Shown here: positions 58,742-64,000 of the stretch, one piece after another
How the letters are laid out: the number at the start of each line of letters is the position of its first letter
Position numbering within the stretch: position 1 is the first letter of the stretch
Source of the DNA: the human T2T-CHM13v2.0 reference genome, Homo sapiens
DNA: 64,000 bases
NCBI RefSeq assembly: GCF_009914755.1
Contig: NC_060928.1
Reading direction: 5' to 3' (one strand)
Position numbers and translations under genes: made by a program
Notes under the pieces: model-generated
Told to the model about the DNA's origin: nothing
Database searches by the model: none
The model's input: the letters and a program-made list of their open reading frames with translations, nothing else

Positions 58742-59545
58742 ATGTAATACTTTTCTGTGGCTGTCTTGACAAGGTACCACAAACTTGGTGACTTAAAACA
58801 ACAGAAATTTATTCCCTCACACTTCCAGAGGCCAGAAGTTTGAAATGAAGGCGTCAGCAGGGTTGGTTCCTTCTGGAGGCTCTGAGGGAGAATTGCTTCA
58901 TGCCCATCTCCTAGATTTTGGAGGCTGCTGGCAATTATTGGAATTCCTTTTTTTTTTTTTGAGACAGAGTTTCGCTCTTGTTACCCAGGCTGGAGGGCAA
59001 TGGCGGGATCTCAGCTCACCACAACCTCTACCTCCCAGGTTCAAACAATTCTCCTGACTCAGCCTCCTGAGTAGCTGGGATTACAGGCATGCGCCACCAC
59101 ATGTGGCTAATTTTGTATTTTTAGTAGAGATGGGGTTTCTCCATGTTGGTCAGGCTGGTCTCAAACTCCTGACCTCAGGTGATGCGCCTACCTCAGCCTC
59201 CCAAAGTGCTGGGATTACAGGCATGAGCCACCGTGCCTGGCCAATTCTTGGAATTCTTTGGCTTCTAGGTGAGTCATTTCCATATCCACCTCTATCTTCA
59301 CATTACCTTTCCTCTGTGTCTTTCTGCTCTTCTTCCAGAGGACAAGTCTCTATAAGAACGCTTATTGAGTCATTGGACTCAGGGACCACTCTAACCCAGG
59401 ATTATTTTTATCTCCTTTACTTAACTACATTTACAAAGACTCTTTTTCCAAAAAAGGTCACATTTGCAAGTCTCAGGGGAAGGACTTTCTGTTGCAGGGG
59501 CGGGGCCGAGGGGACACGACACGCCCACCATTCAACCCACTACAC
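58742..59545 (-). mobile_element. MLT1C/D-like LTR split by an Alu
   Basis: gtaccacaaacttggtgacttaaaacaacagaaatttattccctcac...cattcaacccactaca. Confidence 0.85.
58948..59242 (-). mobile_element. AluSp/Sq-like
   Basis: gagtttcgctcttgtt, gggtttctccatgttggtcagg; TSD aatt(a/c)ttggaattc. Confidence 0.95.
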
Positions 59546-60434
59546 AGTGTGTTAAATAAAAAGGGCTTTATTCTTTTCACTTAACAAGGAGTCTGGGGGC
59601 CAGCAGCTGCCAGCCCTGGTTTATTCCCCGCCCCTCTCTGCAGTTCTCTTGGGTTTTCCTTCATTATGCAAGAAAGCAACCTCAGCTCACTTTGTTATGT
59701 GAGTGGGCGGGGGTGTGTGACAGCACCAGTCACATCCATCCCTATTGTCACCAGATCACGAGTTGTCTTAGACCCCACCCAGCAGACATCTCCTTTTCTG
59801 GAAGAAAGGCTGCAACAGGGTGGAGATGGATGAAGTGTCTGTCATGGGTGGAGGATACGGTGACCAACACACAGTCCCACCCTCAGGGAGCTGCCAATCA
59901 TTGTTTCACTTCACCCCCAGGACAGCCCCGCCTTCAAGTTCGTTCAGCTGCAGGACACAGAACCCACCTGGTGGTGGATCCTGAAAGTACCGCCCTCTGG
60001 ATCCTGAAAGTAACGCCCTCTTTGATGCAGGATCCGATGCCCCAGCTGCTGGGGGAGCTGACCACAGACAGCCTTCAGCTCTCAGATCCCTTAGGGACCG
60101 ACTCAGCTGCAGAGTGTGGCCTCGCCCAAGGTCATGCTCTTCCCAGAAAGTTCCATATCCAATGACTGATCCTTACAGACCTGACCTTTTTGGCCTGACT
60201 GGGATGATTTTGAAGGGCCGTTCTGACTCCAGAGCTTCCCATGCTGTCAGAGTTCAGCTGTGCTCTCTCCTGGCCCCTCCAACTCCACAACTGATAGGTG
60301 GAAGTTTAAACCCCAGAACCTCAAAATAAGACTCTATTCAGAGACAAGGCCTTTAAAGGTTAATTAAGGTAACATGAGGTCATTGGGTTGGGCCATAATC
60401 CAATATGATAGGTGTCTTATAAAAAGAGGAAATC

Positions 60435-60739
<305 letters not shown>

Positions 60740-60836
60740 TTAAGATGCAGACACATGGAGGGAAGGCCAGAGGGAGACACAGTGAGAAGACAGTTGTCTA
60801 CAAGCCAAGGAGAGAGGCCTCAGAAGAAACCAGTCC

Positions 60837-61167
<331 letters not shown>

Positions 61168-62309
61168 TCAACACCTGATCTCAGACTTCCAGCCTCCAGA
61201 ATTGTGAGGAAATAAATTTCTGTGTGAAGCCCCTCAGGTTGTGGTCCTTTGTTATTGCAGCCTAGCAGATTAACACACATGGGTTGGCCAAGGCTGTGGC
61301 CCTGGTCCCAGCTCAGCTGCTCTCTCCGCCCACTCCTGCCTCCTTCCCCTCCTTTCCATAGGTATCTATCCCAAGGGCAGTCTTTGGTCAACATGGAGCA
61401 GCCTAATGCTCTCAGAGGCACCTTCCAGGGGACCCAGACTGTGCCTCCACTCCTGCAGCCTGCTCTAAGGGGAGCCTGTAGGGAGGGCACAGGAGACACT
61501 TGGAGACATGGAGGGCAGGAATGCACAGGCCTGGGGAAGGACCGTACCTGGGGCTGGAAGCTGGAGAGGAACAGCCTCTCCCTAGCACCTGCCTGTGTGT
61601 CTCTTGTCCCCTTTCTGAGTGTCTGTTTCGTGCTGCAGATTCCCCAGGAAGACTTACCCTCTCTGTGGCATCCTCATTGCTGGTTCCTTCAAGAGAACCA
61701 GCTCGCCCCAGCCTGAGTCTATGTGATTTTCCATTTCCAGGTCACCCCTGACCCTCCTCCTCTGGGATGCTCTGCTGAAATTCTCAGAGAATCTGATTGG
61801 CCCCATGGTTGCGCATGTGGTCAGATGGTCACGGGTACGGTCTCTCCCGGGCCTCCGGGAAGTGAAGGCAGTGGGCACGTCCACCCTCTTTTGAGGTCAA
61901 TGTCTTCCTGAGGAAGGAGTGGAGGCCCACAGGGCTTGCTTTCTTTTACCACTGATGGGGAGATGCTTGTCCTGTGTCACCTGTGTTGTTATGGCACATT
62001 CCTCAATCTGATGAGAGTTCGAAGGCCTCTGAAGCCTGAGTCTGGGTATTAGACCTCTGCATCCTCGCCTCCTCCCTTACACCTGAGCTGTGGCCCTTGG
62101 CCAGGCCTAGCTCAGAGCTGGAGCTTAATGAATATTTGTGGATTCAAGGATGGAGGTCAGGATTTCAGATAAGTTTAATTCAGTTTCTTTTACGATAATA
62201 GCCCGTTCCTGGAATTGTGCCACCGGTCTCCAAGAGGTATGAAATGAGGGGCAAGGGAGCAGCTGGAGGCCGCAGTCCTATACAACATTAATTTATTTAA
62301 CAGCTGTTT

Positions 62310-63050
<741 letters not shown>

Positions 63051-63681
63051 TAGCTTTTTTAAGAAAAAAAATTAATTTCCCATTCACCATTGTACTTAAT
63101 TCTTTACATATCTTACTCAGTTAATCTTCCCTGTAGCTTAGGAGGTGTCATTATCATTATCCTCTTTTAGGATGAAAAAACTGAGATTTGGAAAAATTAA
63201 GGAATTTTGTCACTGTTACCCAGCAAGTTAGTTCCAGAGCCTGATTCCCTCCAGGGCTGTGTGAGACTACATGCTTCCCACCCCATGGTAAATGGCACCT
63301 GGGTAATGCAATCAGCAAAATTCCAAATGAGGAAGTTCTACATGGATAATGACCTAGTTTTTTCAAAAAATAAAATAGAAGAAACAAAAGAAAAGAAAAG
63401 CCAAGGAACCTAGAAATTAAAAGAGGTTTAATAGAAAAATCAACCAAAAGCATGGGCTTGTTTGGATCTTGATTTTAACAAGCTGTGACTTCACTGTGAA
63501 TTACATCACTTCCAAACAGTGATAATAACTGGGGAAATTTAAACAATGGGTATCCAAGCATGATTATTATCATTGTGGTGTATTAATGGAATAGTGGTTT
63601 TGTTCTAATGTGAGAGAGAGTGAGGGTGTTAGAAGTACAAACAGAAATATTTAGAGATGAGGCTTAACATTTTGGTGTCTA

Positions 63682-63999
<318 letters not shown>

Positions 64000-64000
64000 T

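Overview
This is primate genomic DNA, most likely human or another great ape (about 34 Alu pieces and an L1PA2-type L1 3' end). I could not recognise any protein-coding exon, rRNA, tRNA or CRISPR array. The listed ORFs are Alu-, L1-, LTR- or microsatellite-derived, or chance ORFs. The window is a mosaic of SINEs (Alu, MIR), LINE fragments (L1PA2, L1M, L2), solo LTRs (MER11, MER61, MER21, MLT/MST, LTR16/LTR33-like) and DNA-transposon fossils (Tigger3, MER8, MER1B, MER5A, MER20, MER91A, MER96, MARNA), often nested. The most unusual signal is a set of local copy-paste events that retrotransposition does not explain. Three non-tandem templated insertions (about 348, 43 and 155 bp) were each copied from a donor 1.4-3.9 kb away. 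A fold-back inversion also makes a ~78-nt hairpin. A repeat-poor block at 52.9-54.6 kb carries a strong CTCF motif. Subfamily names come from recalled consensus sequences and need RepeatMasker/Dfam confirmation. Identities were counted by hand.
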